This document shows, piece by piece, positions 1-13,518 of a DNA stretch of 64,000 bases. The translations under genes were made by a program, and so were the position numbers. The notes under the pieces are model-generated. The model made no database searches. It saw nothing but the letters and a program-made list of their open reading frames with translations, and was not told the DNA's origin. The DNA is from Gekko japonicus (lineage: Eukaryota): the NCBI RefSeq assembly GCF_001447785.1, contig NW_015170280.1, forward strand, positions 852,122 through 916,121, in the 5' to 3' direction. Numbering within the stretch: position 1 is the stretch's first letter; each line of letters starts with the position of its first letter.

Positions 1-375
1 TTGTTGGGTGTTACAACTTAAAACACTTCAGTATTTACTGGGTTAATGATGTTTGCTAAGTCACATGTTTGTTTGTAACCAATCTATTTAGATTATAGGA
101 TGCCCGGGAACTTTGGAGCTAGTTTGTTGCTCTGATTGGAAACCAAGGTGCCAAGTATTAGCATTTTATGGCTTTTCTTCCGTCTTTGTGTTTCTTTGTT
201 CTGACCGAGAAGACGCCATGCCATTCCAGTTTTACCTTTTAGCTGTAAGGATGTAGGCATATAAGCTCTTTGTTATTTTATATCCTGTGTACCCTTTTCC
301 CATGTTAGGTTATAGTAAACTTTTATATTCTTTTAAACACACCCTGGACTCTGGGTAAGTCTGGGTAAGAGCACA
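1..375. mobile_element. possible LTR remnant (truncated by window edge)
   Basis: Shares short motifs (GCCCGGGAA, TCCTGTGTACCCTT) and layout with the copia LTR at 37980-38410; ends not defined. Confidence 0.3.
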
Positions 376-614
376 GGGATGGAGCAGGGAGGCAGGTGCA
401 GAGGGCATGGCTGGAGAAAAAAGGGAAGGGAGCCATAGAGACAGAAGCCAATGGCAGATGGGCTCAGATGAAATGGCAAGCTCCATTCAACAGCTGAATT
501 TTTGGTGTTCCGGCTGACTCTGCTCCTGCCTGGTAAACAGATAATTTACCTGGCTGTTGTGGTGTGTGTGTAGATCTCACAGCAAGCAACGCTTGAGAAC
601 CAGGAAAGATTTTT

Positions 615-620
615 TTTATT
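615..620 (-). terminator. NDUFS5: AATAAA polyadenylation signal of NDUFS5
   Basis: TTTATT on + strand about 180 nt downstream of the NDUFS5 stop codon. Confidence 0.6.
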
Positions 621-800
621 CCAACCAGCAACAGGCAGTGGCATACACTGAAGCAGAGTTGGATAGCAACAGGACAGATGCAAGAGCCCATCTTGGCTCT
701 CTCACACAGACGGCACTGGTAGAATAAAAATCCCCAACTCCAAGCTGACAGGCAGCGAAGCACTCTCTGTTCTGCTGTCTTGAGGGTCTGCAGCAAATGT

Positions 801-905
801 TCAAGGGTCAGTGTCCAGTTTCCCTGCGTGGTAGTCAGGTGGGGTGTATTTCCCCGCCTTTATCAGCTTCTTTCTCTGCTCTAAAATTGTCTTCATGCGT
901 TGCAT
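801..905 (-). CDS. NDUFS5: NADH:ubiquinone oxidoreductase subunit S5, last coding exon (MQRMKTILEQRKKLIKAGKYTPPDYHAGKLDTDP*)
   Basis: Hand translation; CAG acceptor at 908-906 after a pyrimidine tract; KLIKxGKYTPP motif of the NDUFS5 C-terminus; TGA at 803-801; gives a 106-aa protein with the upstream exon. Confidence 0.93.
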   Translation of the reverse strand: MQRMKTILEQRKKLIKAGKYTPPDYHAGKLDTDP

Positions 906-1335
906 CTGCCAGGGAGAGAGGGAAAAAACAGTGGCAGAGAATTCGGATGCCATCTGGGCAGAGCAGGCAAGACTTTTTTAAAAAAACTGAAAAATGAGAT
1001 AATTCCTGCCCCTGACATGGCTTCATTTTAATAGCCCTCATCACACTCTCACTCCCTGGTCTTCAGGACCCACCTGTGGATTGTGCCACAATCTATACAA
1101 GCAGCACCCCTCCCCTCTTAAAAGGGGAGAATCACCAGGGCATTTGTTTCTGTACATGAGGAGGCAAAGGAAGAGAGAGTGCCCTTTTGACTGTGGCATA
1201 GGAGGAGGAATTCCAACATATCCAGCTTTTTTTCTCCTCTGTGCATGATAAAAATGCATCTGCCAAAATCCCCTCTTGCACCCAACCACTCAAAGATCAA
1301 AGGAGCCTTGCTGGGCTCCCTCCCTCCCTCCCTCC

Positions 1336-1464
1336 NNNNNNNNNNNNNNNNNNNNNNNNNNNNNNNNNNNNNNNNNNNNNNNNNNNNNNNNNNNNNNNNN
1401 NNNNNNNNNNNNNNNNNNNNNNNNNNNNNNNNNNNNNNNNNNNNNNNNNNNNNNNNNNNNNNNN
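1336..1464. other. assembly gap within a (CCCT)n microsatellite
   Basis: Run of N flanked on both sides by CCCT repeats. Confidence 0.95.
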
Positions 1465-1809
1465 CTCCCTCCCTCCCTCCCTCCCTCAGCATGGCTTTAC
1501 TGACCATAGCCTTAAGGCTAACCTCATTAATATATTTTGAATCTCCCTTTTCCCTTCTGAGTCTGCAGTAATTGTTGTTTTTTTTTTAATTTTCTGCTGA
1601 ATTACTAAAAGATAAGATGATTTAGTAACATTCGGATCCCTATCCCACAGTAGAAAGGAAAAACACTAATCATTGCTCATAAACTCATCCTTCTATAACA
1701 ACAGGGTTATCCACCTATCTCTATCTTCACTTAACAGCAGCAGAAAAGAAGAACATATGTGGAAAAATATTATAAGCAACTTCTCACGTTGCAGGTTGGG
1801 ACTAGAGGT

Positions 1810-2315
1810 CCAAAAATATAGAAGCTGTAATTATGTACAAAACCCTTATAATCTCACAATAATGATACAAAAAATAAACAGTCAAATTGAAAAATATTAA
1901 TTCCCAACAGGTATCAGAAAGATGGACGAACTTCCCCGGAGCTTTGGCATTCGTTTCGTGAAGAACTTCTTCCAAACATCAAGATGTGATAGTGCTGCTT
2001 CTTATTCCATAATGTGTAAATCCAGTACAAAAGGTAGTGGAATCCTATATGTTGAACATGTTCTTACATAACAAATCCTTCCATCAACGGGCACATGAAG
2101 TAGGCTGCTAGTACACTTTGTGTGCCCGTTGACACTATCACATCTTGATGTTTGGAAGAAGTTCTTCACGAAACGAATGCCAAAGCTCCGGAGAAGTTCA
2201 TCCATCTTTCTGATACCTGTTGGGAATTAATATTTTTCAATTTGACTGTTTATTTTGTATCATTATTGTGAGATTATAAGCATTTTGTACATCATTACAG
2301 CTTCTATATTTTTGG
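1810..2315. repeat. long inverted repeat (arms 1810-1994 and 2133-2315) in NDUFS5 intron
   Basis: Arms are near-exact reverse complements, e.g. TTCGTGAAGAACTTCTTCCAAACATCAAGATGTGATAGTG / CACTATCACATCTTGATGTTTGGAAGAAGTTCTTCACGAA. Confidence 0.95.
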
Positions 2316-3427
2316 TTTTCTACACTAGCTGCAACCCCTCAGTTTTGTTGGGTCAGCAAGGGTGTTAACACCACTCTGATTCTTGCACAGTGATCAGACC
2401 AGCAACTTTCACCAGCCCTTGGTTTGCGCTGAGAGTACTCATGTTTTTATGGGGTGGGACAGTTATGACACAGAGGGGGAAGATGAGAACAGAAAGGAAC
2501 TTGGAAAAAGAAGCTGAGCTCTCTAGCATCGGTTTGAGGAAGCTTCAGTTTGCATTGCAGTTTTATAAAAGGGATGCAATTTGAGCATTCTTACCTATAA
2601 AATAAGCAATGTATCTTGCATAATTTCAAAAAAAATAAAGGTATTTGTTGACTGATTTACAGCATTTGTTAGCTGCCTTTCTACTTGGTGGAACTAAAGG
2701 TGGCTTACAATGCAAATAAAACCATGATTATAAAAAACACCTAAGAGGCCACAATTTAAAATCTCAGTTAGGACTGCCAATAAATAAAAACTAAATAAGT
2801 CAAATGCAGTCCTAAAACTGTCTTCAACTGCCTCTTGAAGATCAAAAGTGAGGGGGGCCAGGCACACCTCTCTGGGGAGGTTATTCCATAATGTAAAAAG
2901 CCTAGAAACTATTTTACTTCACTATATCTACGTTCTGTATCATGCCTAATATGCTTTGCTTATTCAACTTGCTACCATCCTAGTACATTGCTTACTTGAT
3001 GTCATTCATACACTGATTGTACTGATTTACACTGTGTAACCCGCTTTGAGCCTCACTGAGAACAGCAGACTAAGTATAGCAAATAAGCTTAAAGCCCAGC
3101 CTTTCAGAATGCATAAAGGCTCCCTGCTGGGTTTTAAAACAATATGTTTAATGGTTTTAACCACCACTAGTATTGCTCTCCTATTTATGAAATACCTAAA
3201 ACAGAACAAACAGGCTCTTAACCTTCTCCATTTTCCCCTCCGAGAATGGTTTGGCCAAAATAGGTCACCCAGTGAGCTTCGTGGTGGAGGAGAGGTTTTG
3301 AACCCAGGTCTCCTCTGGACCTTATCCAACAGCCTGCCTATGTTATTTCTCTTCAGGCACTCTCTTCTCTGCACACCATGGGAACCAGCTCTTGCGAGAG
3401 GTGTACCTCCGAGCTCCCCCCCCTTAC

Positions 3428-3643
3428 CATTTTCTGCTTGTTGAGGCATTCATAGAGATCATCTATCTCTATCTTGCACTCCTTCTGGGCTCGGATCTGC
3501 CCAATGCCATCGGCGCATTCCAGCCACTCTTTCTCAAAGGCATGGCATACAGAAGCTCGCTGGTATGGCTGCTTGGCACTCTGGATGGTGAGCCACTTGT
3601 CGACATCAATGCCCAGCTTGTCTTGGAGATCCAATAGCGGCAT
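3428..3643 (-). CDS. NDUFS5: NDUFS5 first coding exon ([17 protein letters not shown]...ECLNKQKM)
   Basis: Twin CX9C motifs ([22 protein letters not shown]); acceptor CAG 3648-3646 two nt before ATG; GTAAGG donor at 3427; 216 nt. Confidence 0.95.
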
Positions 3644-5049
3644 GGCTGAGGGGCAGAGGAAAGCAAGAATGGGGACTGATATCCTATGCGCAGATGACCC
3701 AGGGTGAGTGCTGAAGTAGATTTGGAAGGGACCATGATTTCAAGGAAAGAGGTAACTGCAGAAGGATTAAGCATTTCACCAGCAGGGGAGAAATCCAAGG
3801 CAATAATAATTTTGTTTGCATATTGGGGAGGGGTGATAAATTAAGCTAATGACCCCCCCTTTCAGGTAGCCAAAGAACAGATATTTCTCTCACACCCGCC
3901 CCCTTTAAGACTACCACCCGCCACTTAGCCTACAAAGTTATCATGAGGGTATTTGATGTGGCAGAATGAGCCCATCCAAGGCACTTCTGTACGACAGAGA
4001 ATTTACCTAGCTGGCTTGGGTCCCAAGTCACTAGACCTCAATGAGGAATTTCCACATCCCCTCCAAGAGAACTGAGCCCTATGCTGCCACCACCAGAGCC
4101 ACCTGCCACCAGTCCAGCCTGTCTGGAAACAAAACTATCTCTTTCTTCAAAGGCCCTTTGAAGATTCTTCTTCAAGCCTTACCAGGGCGCCTACTCCTGG
4201 GGATGCCTTGCCTACGGTCGTCATTCAAGCCCAGGCAAGAGTCTCCCCACCTTCTCTTTATACATGGTGACATGTGTGGTAGGATGGCATTTGAGCATGC
4301 AGAAGGATCACCACACCCCCCACCAAAATTTAACTTCACTTATATTTGCAGTCAGCAAAAAAGCAGTTTGGCAAGCACTCCTTCCCCCTTCAATAGGACT
4401 AGGACCTCTCCTAGAACTCTCCTAGACTCAAGAGGTCAAGTAAACTCAGTGGCCAGGATTCTGTCTTCTGCCAGGGAACAGGCAAAATCTCTCCCAGGAA
4501 ACTCTAGAGGAGGCTCTCCTTCCACCCTTTCCATCCAAACAAAGGAATCCCTCCTCCTTTAAGTGCCCATCAGATGCCAAAGACTTCCATTTGTGGTCTT
4601 TGGCCCAACAAGATGGATGACAGATGTACTGCCACTCTCCAGTGGCAGCCACAGATCATCTCCCTGTGCTAACAAAACTATCTGTGTTCCATAAGGAGAA
4701 GTAGGTGGTCAAAGGCCAGAGTGGGCAGGATGGCCCTAGGAATGCCAGCCTCCAGCTGGGATCTGGGATCTCCAGGAATTACAGCTCATCTTCAGACTGC
4801 AAAGATCAGTTTCCCTGGAGAAAATGGATTCTTTGGAGGGTGGCATTGCACCCCACTCATGTCCTTGTCCTTCCCAGGCTCTATCCCCAAATCTCCAGGA
4901 GTTCCCCAGCCTGCATCTGACAACTCCCTCATCCCCTGCCAGGGAAGACTTGGCAACCCTAGATGGACCACAGCAGATTACAGGTTCCCATGCAAATCGA
5001 AAGCTCCCACCACATATTTTTTTCTTCTCGTGAAGTTTCTTTAATCATT

Positions 5050-5720
5050 GGCGAGCCATTCCAAAACGGGAGCCTCCGCCCATAACCTAAAGCAGCTCCA
5101 CCCCCTCTTGCTTTCTCGTTCTCCTGCACGAGGAAAACGGAGTTTAAGACAGCCTTGCCCACGCAAGGCGACACAGGGAAGACCGCTCCGCCTCGCCAGC
5201 CTCGCCTTTAAACAGCAGCCAGCCTGCTAAGCTGCCAGACACGAAAGGAATAGCCCTCCCCCATGCTCCATGATCAGAGGTAGACTGTCGCTGCACACAG
5301 CCTGCCTCGTTCCAAAGACACAGACACACCCAACCCAACCCTCCCCCCAAAAGAGCCCCGTTTAGACCCCCGCACCTGCTCTTCCTCTCACTGTCCTTGC
5401 AAGTCTTTTACAACACCGCTGCCGTCAACGCGCCGCTCACTTTCACGACACTCCGGCAGCTCCTGAGCGACTGAAGTAGGGAAGGGACGGCTGAGCAGAT
5501 ATTACAAGCTGGCGCCCCCTAGCGACCAGGAGGAGGAATCAGCGCCACCTCGCCACTGCTTCTCGTTCCTGCGCGCTGGATTTTTTCAACCGCACTAGGA
5601 GCCCTCTGCAGGATTTAAGCGGGAACGGCACGCAGAGATGACGTTTTGATTTGGTTGTTGTTGTTTTTAACCTGGATGGACCGTTCCATATGTGCACTGT
5701 GTGCGCGCACGCGAAGATTT
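5050..5720 (-). promoter_or_regulatory. NDUFS5: CpG-rich NDUFS5 promoter / non-coding exon 1 region with CTCF-like motif at 5510-5528
   Basis: CpG enrichment; candidate donors AAA|GTGAGC (5440) or CAG|GTGCG (5375); TGGTCGCTAGGGGGCGCCA on - strand. Confidence 0.6.
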
Positions 5721-7337
5721 TGACATCTGCCCATCCTAGGTGTGAATTTGGGTAATTGTCTGGCGGAGGATTTTTTTAAAGCCAGCGTTGTATGCAGTCT
5801 TGTTGACAAGCCATGGTGTGATGAAATCTGTCCCATTCCTGATTGTTTTGGATAGAGGTCTGACGTTGGACCATCCACAGGAAAAGTAAAATTGTAAGGG
5901 AAAATGTGGAGAGCAAGAGGCATTTGCAGACCCCCCCTCCCATTAGAACTGATACGAAATGACAGCTACATTTCCTCTGCTTTAGGAAGCCAACCCCCTT
6001 CCCAAGATTGCAGTGCTGTGACTGTTTACCTGGAAGCAAGCCCAAAGCCAGGATTCTTTTTTTTGGGGGGGGGGGATTTAAATTTTTAAGAGGGCAGTTA
6101 AATTACACTTAATTAAATTAATCTGAATGCCTGTCTCTAAAGGGGAAGGCTCCGAGCCTGTTTCTTGTCCTTCCTTTCAAGGGACTTCATCTGAGTTCCT
6201 TTCCACAGGGCAAGAAAGCTTAGAAGGGCACTCAAGAGTGGTACCTTCAATACATCTCCAACATCTTTCTTGCCCTGTGGGAAATACTTATTTAAATGCC
6301 TTCTAAGCTGTCTTTTCCTGGGCTCCATGATGCCCCCCCTCCCAAAAAAAATCCACAGTGGGAGGGACAGAGAAGACCAAGGGCAAGCTGCAGCGCTTTC
6401 ACCCTGGCCGCTGCCAGCAGCAGGCAGCAGCGGTCTCTCCTCAAAAAGAAGGTTTCTGGCATGGCTGTTTGTGGGGCAGGGCTTTTAATTAAGGGGCAGG
6501 GCCCCAACATGCCCCACTGTAGCTCCAGGCCTGCCTGGAAGTCCAGCCCTATGGGTCACCATAGGCTGGCTGCAACTTGACAGTGCGTTCCATCACTAAG
6601 TCCAACAGACCAAAGTGGGACTTGTTCCCTAGCAAATGTGTACTAGATTACACCCTAAAAAGTTTGGAAATGGTGGTGGTATAGTTGCCAACTTTTCCCC
6701 CAACAAGGCTCCTGTCCCTGTAAGACACTGTGTGACTGGAAGAAAGTTACCAGCTGATGCTTTGCACAGCAGGCAGCCACACAATGTTAGTTTTTAAAAT
6801 TGCTATGTAGAAAGAACCAACCATTACTCCAACAGCAATCACAGAGCATCTCCACACGGAGGTTTTGCTCCACCTAGGCTTCCTTACAGCAGCACTGTTT
6901 TCAGGATCATCCATATGACCTTGTCCTCTGTTCATCCTGCTTCTTTGTCCCACCCCACCTTTACTACAATCTCTCCCCAACATGGCTTAATACCATCTTT
7001 GGGGAAAGACTGCAGCCCTTTTCACACCATGTGGATGAGAAGATTGCATGCATCTGCATCAACTCTGCAACAAAAAAGTCTAGAGAGTTACTTAAAAAAA
7101 AAGTAAACTGGGAAGTAGTACATTGTTGCAATAGATTGTTATAATACTAAAATGATCTTTCAATTATTCTTTAAAAAGCCCCCCAGGATTTTTTTTGGGA
7201 GGGGGGGAATGATAGTGATGGGCCAAGGCAAAAAAAGTATGGAGTCAATGTTTGTGTGGATGCCGTTATTGCTGCAAAACAAGAGCTATATGGAGAAGTG
7301 TTTCTGTGTGGAAGCAGCCCAGAATGCCACTGAAGGG

Positions 7338-7543
7338 CAGTGTTCCCTCTAAGCTGAGTTAGTGTGAGCTAGCTCACAGTTTTTTAGCCTCCAGCTCACA
7401 CATTTTTGTCTTAGCTCAGGAAGGATGGCTCCAGAGCAAACTAATTTATGCAGTAGCCAAATTGCTCACTCACAACTTTAATGCCAGTAGCACACAAAGT
7501 ACAATTTTTGCTCACAAGATTCCGCAGCTTAGAGGGAACATTG
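7338..7543. mobile_element. hAT-type MITE
   Basis: TIR CAGTGTTCCCTCTAAGCTG / CAGCTTAGAGGGAACATTG, 8-bp TSD CTGAAGGG; second copy at 55979-56184. Confidence 0.9.
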
Positions 7544-8649
7544 CTGAAGGGGTAGTGATGGGGGTGAACAGTGGGAAATACTTATTGCCTTGACAACCCA
7601 GCAATGCCTGGCTGGCCTTTGTTGGCCAGAAGATGCTAAAGCAGATGGACTTCTGGACTTATCCTTCTCATCTTTCTAATCATGAGTGCATGTGGGAGTC
7701 AAACAGGTACACTTACAAAATTCCCCCGGCAATGCACCAGGTTGAAATTCAACAGCTGAACCTTTCCCCCAGCTGTGGAAATGCAGTGAAAGGGGCTGTT
7801 GTGGATTTCTACTCCTTATCTAGGTGTTGAAGGCCCGGCCATAGAAGAAATATATGGGGCAACTCAAGGGGCTTTTCTAAACCTCCGAAAATGTCTGGGC
7901 TTCTCCAAAACTAGTTCTGGGTGGAGGGAATCAGCTGCTGCTGTGCATTGTTCTGTTCTGGTCCAAAGGTGACTTTTGCTTTGATGACCTCTGCTGTCCT
8001 TTTTTAGCATACAAAGCCTGGTGAGCACTCAGCAAATCCTTGCATTCCACAGGACATGGTCACATGTTGGGCAGACCCCATCTGAACTGCAGATGGTATG
8101 ATTATTTTAACTCTTGATGGACAGCAGCCTGCTCAGCCTGTGATCCACCCAGCTGAGGTCAGCAGCACACCCATCATCCTGTCGATTGCATTGACTCACT
8201 CTGTGTGGTCCGCCTTGGGTCTCAGTGAGAAAGGTGGGCTACAGGTAAAACAAATATAGAAATGTATTGTGGCCTGCAGGCAGGCAGCCAAAGGGCTTAC
8301 AACACCTCCAACAGGCCACCTTATGAGGCTGGAGGGCTGCAAGCAGATGCAAAAATGGGATGTGGTGTGTGTCTCAAGTTAGAGGATGCATTGCTGAGAA
8401 CCAGTCTGGAAATAGCATATAGAAAGTGTCATAGAAAATGCATTTTTTAATAAAAAAGGGCAAAATCTGCCACCCCCCAGAGTGCACATCTGCTGTCAAG
8501 TGAGGCATAAGCCAGAGGACATCTCAGACCAGTCAGTCAGGCTATGCTGGTGTCAAGGAAAACTGGACCCCAAGTTCAGTTCCTTGTTCTTGCATTAAAG
8601 CGTTGGTTCAGGCTTCATATCAAAACTCAGGCCTGAAACATGGGGGAAG

Positions 8650-9960
8650 AGATCAAAGGGAAACATCTAAGTATATTTTGTCTAGCATTTTACTGTTGTT
8701 GACTAAGTCATAGGGGCGACTCAAACTGGCAGTTTTCCAGTCCATGTAGGCGTTTGTGATTTTACCTGGTCCAAACCAGTCCTGATGTGTGTACGTGGAA
8801 AGTTGTGATATTCCCGTGGTTGGGAGTAATTTTTTGTTATTGTCCCATGTTTTGATAGTTGCTTTCAGGAGAATGTTGATAATTTTGGGTCTTAGAGTTG
8901 CCTTAATTCAAAAGATCTCTTGCAGGTCACGGGGTGAAGTGTAAGATTGCTCAATTGTCATCCAGTGCTTTCCCTGGTCTTTGTGTTGCATTTGTACCGC
9001 CCACGCAAGGATCGCGGCCTGGTGATATGCTCGAAGCGAGGGGAGGTTGAGTCCTCCTTGCTTGTCTATCCTATGGATGACAGTATGATTTACTCTTGGT
9101 TTTTTTCTGTCTAAGAAGAAGCATGTTAAGAGCATTTGCTAGGAGTCCAGGTCTTTTTTGGTGATAAGAATAGGCAGGGCTTGAAAAATAAAAATAAACA
9201 CAGGCACTATAACACTTTTAATCAGATGAAACCTGTCAGGGAGGGATAGTTTAAGAGCTTTCCAGTTTTCTATCTCAATCCTGATGTTTGCGGCGAGTTT
9301 GTGGTAGTTAGCTTTGACCAAGTCTTTTAAGTTTATTGGAATATGGACTCCCAGATATCTCCAGGATTCCATTATCCACTTATAGTGGTGTTGCTGTTGA
9401 AGGTCAAGTTCCGTTGTATGCTCAGTGTTTATTAGATAAATCTCAGATTTAGTGAAGTTGATCATAAGCCCTGAGATACCACCAAATAATGCAAGTTCTT
9501 CCTTAATAGAGAGTAGCAAGTTCGCAGGGTCTGAGATGTATAAGGTGAGATCATCAGCATAGAGGCAGGTTTTGTGTTCTATCCCATTGGTGTTAACCCC
9601 CTTAAAGGTTTTCTTTTGCCAAAGTGTTTCTGCCAAGGGTTCGATAGCCAGGGCAAAAATTAATGGGGAAAGGGGGCATCCTTGTATGGTTCCTCTGTTG
9701 AGCTGTACTGTGGGGGAGCTGACTCTGTTGACCTTTATCTTGGCCCTGTTATTGGAGTAGATGGAGTGCAACATTCTTCGGAATGTTTGCATAGGGAGAG
9801 AATAAACCTAATCTCCACCGAGTCAAAGGCTTTTTCAAAGTCCACTGCAAGAAAAGCTGTTTTCCTCCCTATCTTTTTTCATGTAGGATGATGTCCATTG
9901 TTCTACGGATGATATCTGATATTTGCCAACCTGGAATGAAAACCCTCTCTATCTCAAGTG
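8650..9960 (-). mobile_element. L1/Tx1-clade LINE ORF2 fragment (reverse transcriptase), decayed
   Basis: ORF 9139-9792 has GTIQGCPLSPLIFALAIEPLA, LYADD and RYLG; in-frame stop then GGLNLP in ORF 8908-9135. Confidence 0.9.
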
Positions 9961-10112
9961 GTTAACCCTGTAGGTTCGAATCTCTCCATTTAGATACTAC
10001 TGCTGTAGTTGGATGAACTGTGTTACACTGTATCTTTGCTTAATGCACTGTATGTTAAATTAAAATTAATAAAGATTATTTTTTTAAAAAAAGAAACATC
10101 TGGGGTTTGTCA

Positions 10113-10459
10113 TAGGCTTGCCAAGCCCCCGCTGGGGGTGGGTAAATTCCTGCCCGGGAGGCCCGTTACCCGCCGCTGGCGGATCGGGCCCCGGGGGGAA
10201 CTCCACCCCCTGCCGGAGGGCGTCCCCAATGTGATGATGTCACCCAGAGGTGACATCATCATGCTGGCCACGTGGTGGGGGGACACTCTATGAATCGAGG
10301 GAAAACTCTATGGTTTTTCCTCAAATCACGGTGCCCCGCCCCCAACGTGGGCGACGCGATGACGTCACTTCCGGTGCTGTTATTGTGGTGCGAGCGAGGA
10401 GACTCCCAATGGAGCCAGGAATCCCCCCGCTTTGCAGGTAAGTCGACTTGGCAACCCTA
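10113..10459. mobile_element. hAT-type MITE, TAGGGTTGCCA TIR family
   Basis: TIRs TAGGCTTGCCA / TGGCAACCCTA, 8-bp TSD GTTTGTCA; related copies near 4740-4960, 12230-12428, 12982-13372, 14332-14858, 46186-46403, 47100-47290. Confidence 0.88.
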
Positions 10460-11600
10460 GTTTGTCATGAGAAAGTTCAGGTCTGATTGGGTGCATCTGA
10501 ATGACACAGACAAAAGGAGCCACACCATTTGTTCACTGAATGCACACCTCACTCTTTCTTTGATGCTTGTCTTACACTTCAGAAGGGAAGCATTCCATCA
10601 TAAAAACTGTTTCTCTTCTGAAACATTTGTTGTCACAGTTCCATGTCAAGATAACTTCAGTAATCTGAGTTTTGGATTGGCTAAAAGGGCCCCAGTCTGT
10701 CCAAATCTTAGACATTAACAAGTTAAGCTTTTCTCTGGTTAGTTGTTAGTTTTGAGCAAGCCAGCTTCAGCTCTCCTGGAGGCAATGGGCTGATCCTGTC
10801 ATGGGTTAGACACAGGCCTGGCACACAAAGAGACTGGAAAGATGCCTGACTTCACCAATGGTAACTATAAATTAGGGTATAATGTTACTTAGATTTCTTG
10901 TTTTTTCTGCTCATTGCTTTTTTCTCTAGGAAATATTCTTGCACTCTTTAATTAAAAAAATACTTTGACTATACCTGGTTGTTCTGTACTTCAGAAGCTT
11001 CAATCTAATTCCAGTTCCTTAGGCTTAAAAGAGTCCATCTACCAAGTTAATTGTTGTGGAAACTCATTTCTGCAGGTAACCTACTTTGCACTGTTGGTTT
11101 TCTTAATTCCCAGTAGGGTTAGAAGCTTACCCCTTGGCTTCTGACTGTGTGGGTAGTTCAAAGTGCTGGTGGCAGACTACCATACTGGTGAGTGTGTGGA
11201 CACCCCCCCCCCATAGTTTTGTAATTTTGAGCTCTGCCCACCCGTAGCAAGGATCCCCCGGATTGGGAATTCTTGACAGCTGGAAGTCTTTAAAGGGTTC
11301 AGGGTATGTTGACTGACTCCACTCCGACACACTGGTTCAAGGAGGGATCCTTAGCCAATGCAGGACGGTGATGGTCACATGCATGAATACAAACAGAGCA
11401 AAGAGACCGTGGCATTAGGAGGAACAGGATTTATGTTGCATACTTAAAAACCACACCGCGCTGGGGAGAGAAAAACAGCTCCCACTTGAGGGCAGAAAAC
11501 GCAGGGGGTGCAGGAAGGCTGTTGAGAGAGAAAGTGCGGTAGGCATCTCTTGGGAGGAGGGTCCTCCCCCCCACACATCGGGGTGACCCTTCAGCTCAGC

Positions 11601-11748
11601 TTACATGATGCTTGCTGGAGCAAAGACGGGGGCGACGCACAGGGTGTCCGTGATCTCCCAGCCACAAGACAGCGGGGCGCATGTGCTCTCCCGATCCTCT
11701 TCTTCTGGCGGCAGCAGCAGCTTCCCCTGCAGGAACTGCACGGCTTCC
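11601..11748 (-). CDS. AZIN2: antizyme inhibitor 2, coding exon 9 (last; ...CAPLSCGWEITDTLCVAPVFAPASIM*)
   Basis: C-terminus LSCGWEITDTLCV..VFxPASIM is characteristic of AZIN2; CAG acceptor 11751-11749; TAA stop. Confidence 0.95.
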
Positions 11749-13518
11749 CTGCACCAACACCCAAAACAGAACAGAGCAGAACCCAATCAGCTCCCAGCTT
11801 GCTTTTCTGATCCAACAGTTGGCAGCTGCTTTGGGTCTCTCGTGTGGGGGAAAGGTGTTCGATAAATGCATTTAAACTAAATTTGTGGGGATCTCAGGCT
11901 AAATCTGACCTGTGCCCATTTGCACAGAGATGTACAGAATACCCTTTGGGGTTTTTCTAAAATTATTCAAAGGGTTCAAAGCCATTCACATACATTGCTT
12001 ACAATCAAGAAGAGACCCCTATGAGCACTGCTATCCCCGTTTTTCAGATCAGGGCTCAGAGGACTTGCCCAAATCTGCCTGGGAGAGTTCAGAACTGAGG
12101 CCAAGACAATTTAGGGGCACAGCTCAGCCTCTTCGAATAGAAACAGACATGTCTTCTCAGCAGTTTTTAAATAGAAGCAGTGCGGGGCCCTGAACTGGGC
12201 TGGGGCAGTGATGAGAACTCCAAGCCAAAGTTGCCAGCCTCCAGGTGGGGCCTGGAGATGTCCTGGAATTACAGCTTGCTCTGCAGACTACAGAGACCCA
12301 TTCCCCTGCAGAAAATGTCTGCTTTGGAAGGTGGACTCTTTGATATTATACCCTGCTGAGGCCCCTCCTCTCTGCAAACCCCACCCTCAAATCTACAGGA
12401 ATTCCCCAATCCAGACTTGGCAACCCTACCCCAAGACATTAGTAGCCGTGGAAGGGCAAAGAAGAGGCATCTGCTCTTTGGCAGGGTGCAGTTTCAACTG
12501 GCAAAAGCATCAGGGAGGGAGAGCTGAACGCCCTCTCTCCCTGTGTCATTGCCCCGATATGAATCAGGGCCGTTACACAGCAGCTATTTCCTTTAATAAG
12601 ATGTACAAAGTTTCAGACAGGGCAGAAGTTATACAAAAATGTTTAATGTTGCTGAAATGGATAAAGTATCATGTATGTTAAAAGGGAAAGATGAATCTAT
12701 TTTTGAAAAAAATTGGATCAAACTGTATAATTGGAAACTAAGCTTGAAGGGTTAGGCCAAAAAAGCTCAGTTATAGAGTATGGAAGTCAAGGCTGCCTTC
12801 CACAGCAAATTTGTATAAATTATCGACTATGTGTTTGTTTACGGCTTTGAAGGAAACTTAATAAAAATATACTAAAAAAAATAAATAAGATGCACCCCTG
12901 GATCACTCAGTACCACATCTCATCTGGCTGTTCACTACTTCCATGTTGTGCTGACTTGTGCCATTCGAAGTGGAATGCAATTAGGGTTGCCAGCTCTGAG
13001 CTAGGAAATTCCTGGAGGTTTCAGAGGTGGAGCCTTGGGCGGGTGGCATTTGGGGACAGGAGTGACCACAGCGGGTTACAATGGCATAGAGTCAGGATAG
13101 CTAGCAATCCAAAACAGTCCAGTGGAGCCTGAGTGGCGGGTGTTGCCTTCTGACACACTTCTGGTGGTGCCAGGGGGTGTGGCATATGCAAATAAGTTAT
13201 GCTAATACGTTATGCTAATGAGCTCCTGCACCTCTTTTTCTACAAAATGACCCCTGCATAGAGTTCACCCTCCAAAGCAGCCTTTTTCCCCAGGGGAAGT
13301 GATTTCTGTACCCTGGAGATCAGCTGTAATTCCAAGGGATCTCCAGGCCCCATCTGGTGGTTGGCAACCCCTAACTGGAATCTGCATTCCATGATGCAAA
13401 TGTGGCCCCTCCCACATCCAAGCCACCTTCCTTGCTTGGCTCTTTGACATTATACCCTGCTGATGTCCCTCCCCTCCCCCTTTCTATTCTCACAAGGAGT
13501 TCTATAAAATCCTCTCAC

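Noticed and set aside
3353-3427. C-terminal extension of the 96-aa NDUFS5 ORF (VRGGSSEV...)
   Set aside because: Intron read-through past the GTAAGG donor; the true C-terminus is exon 801-905.
10797-11329. TGTC...GACA bounded segment resembling a solo LTR
   Set aside because: No target-site duplication or second copy found to support it.
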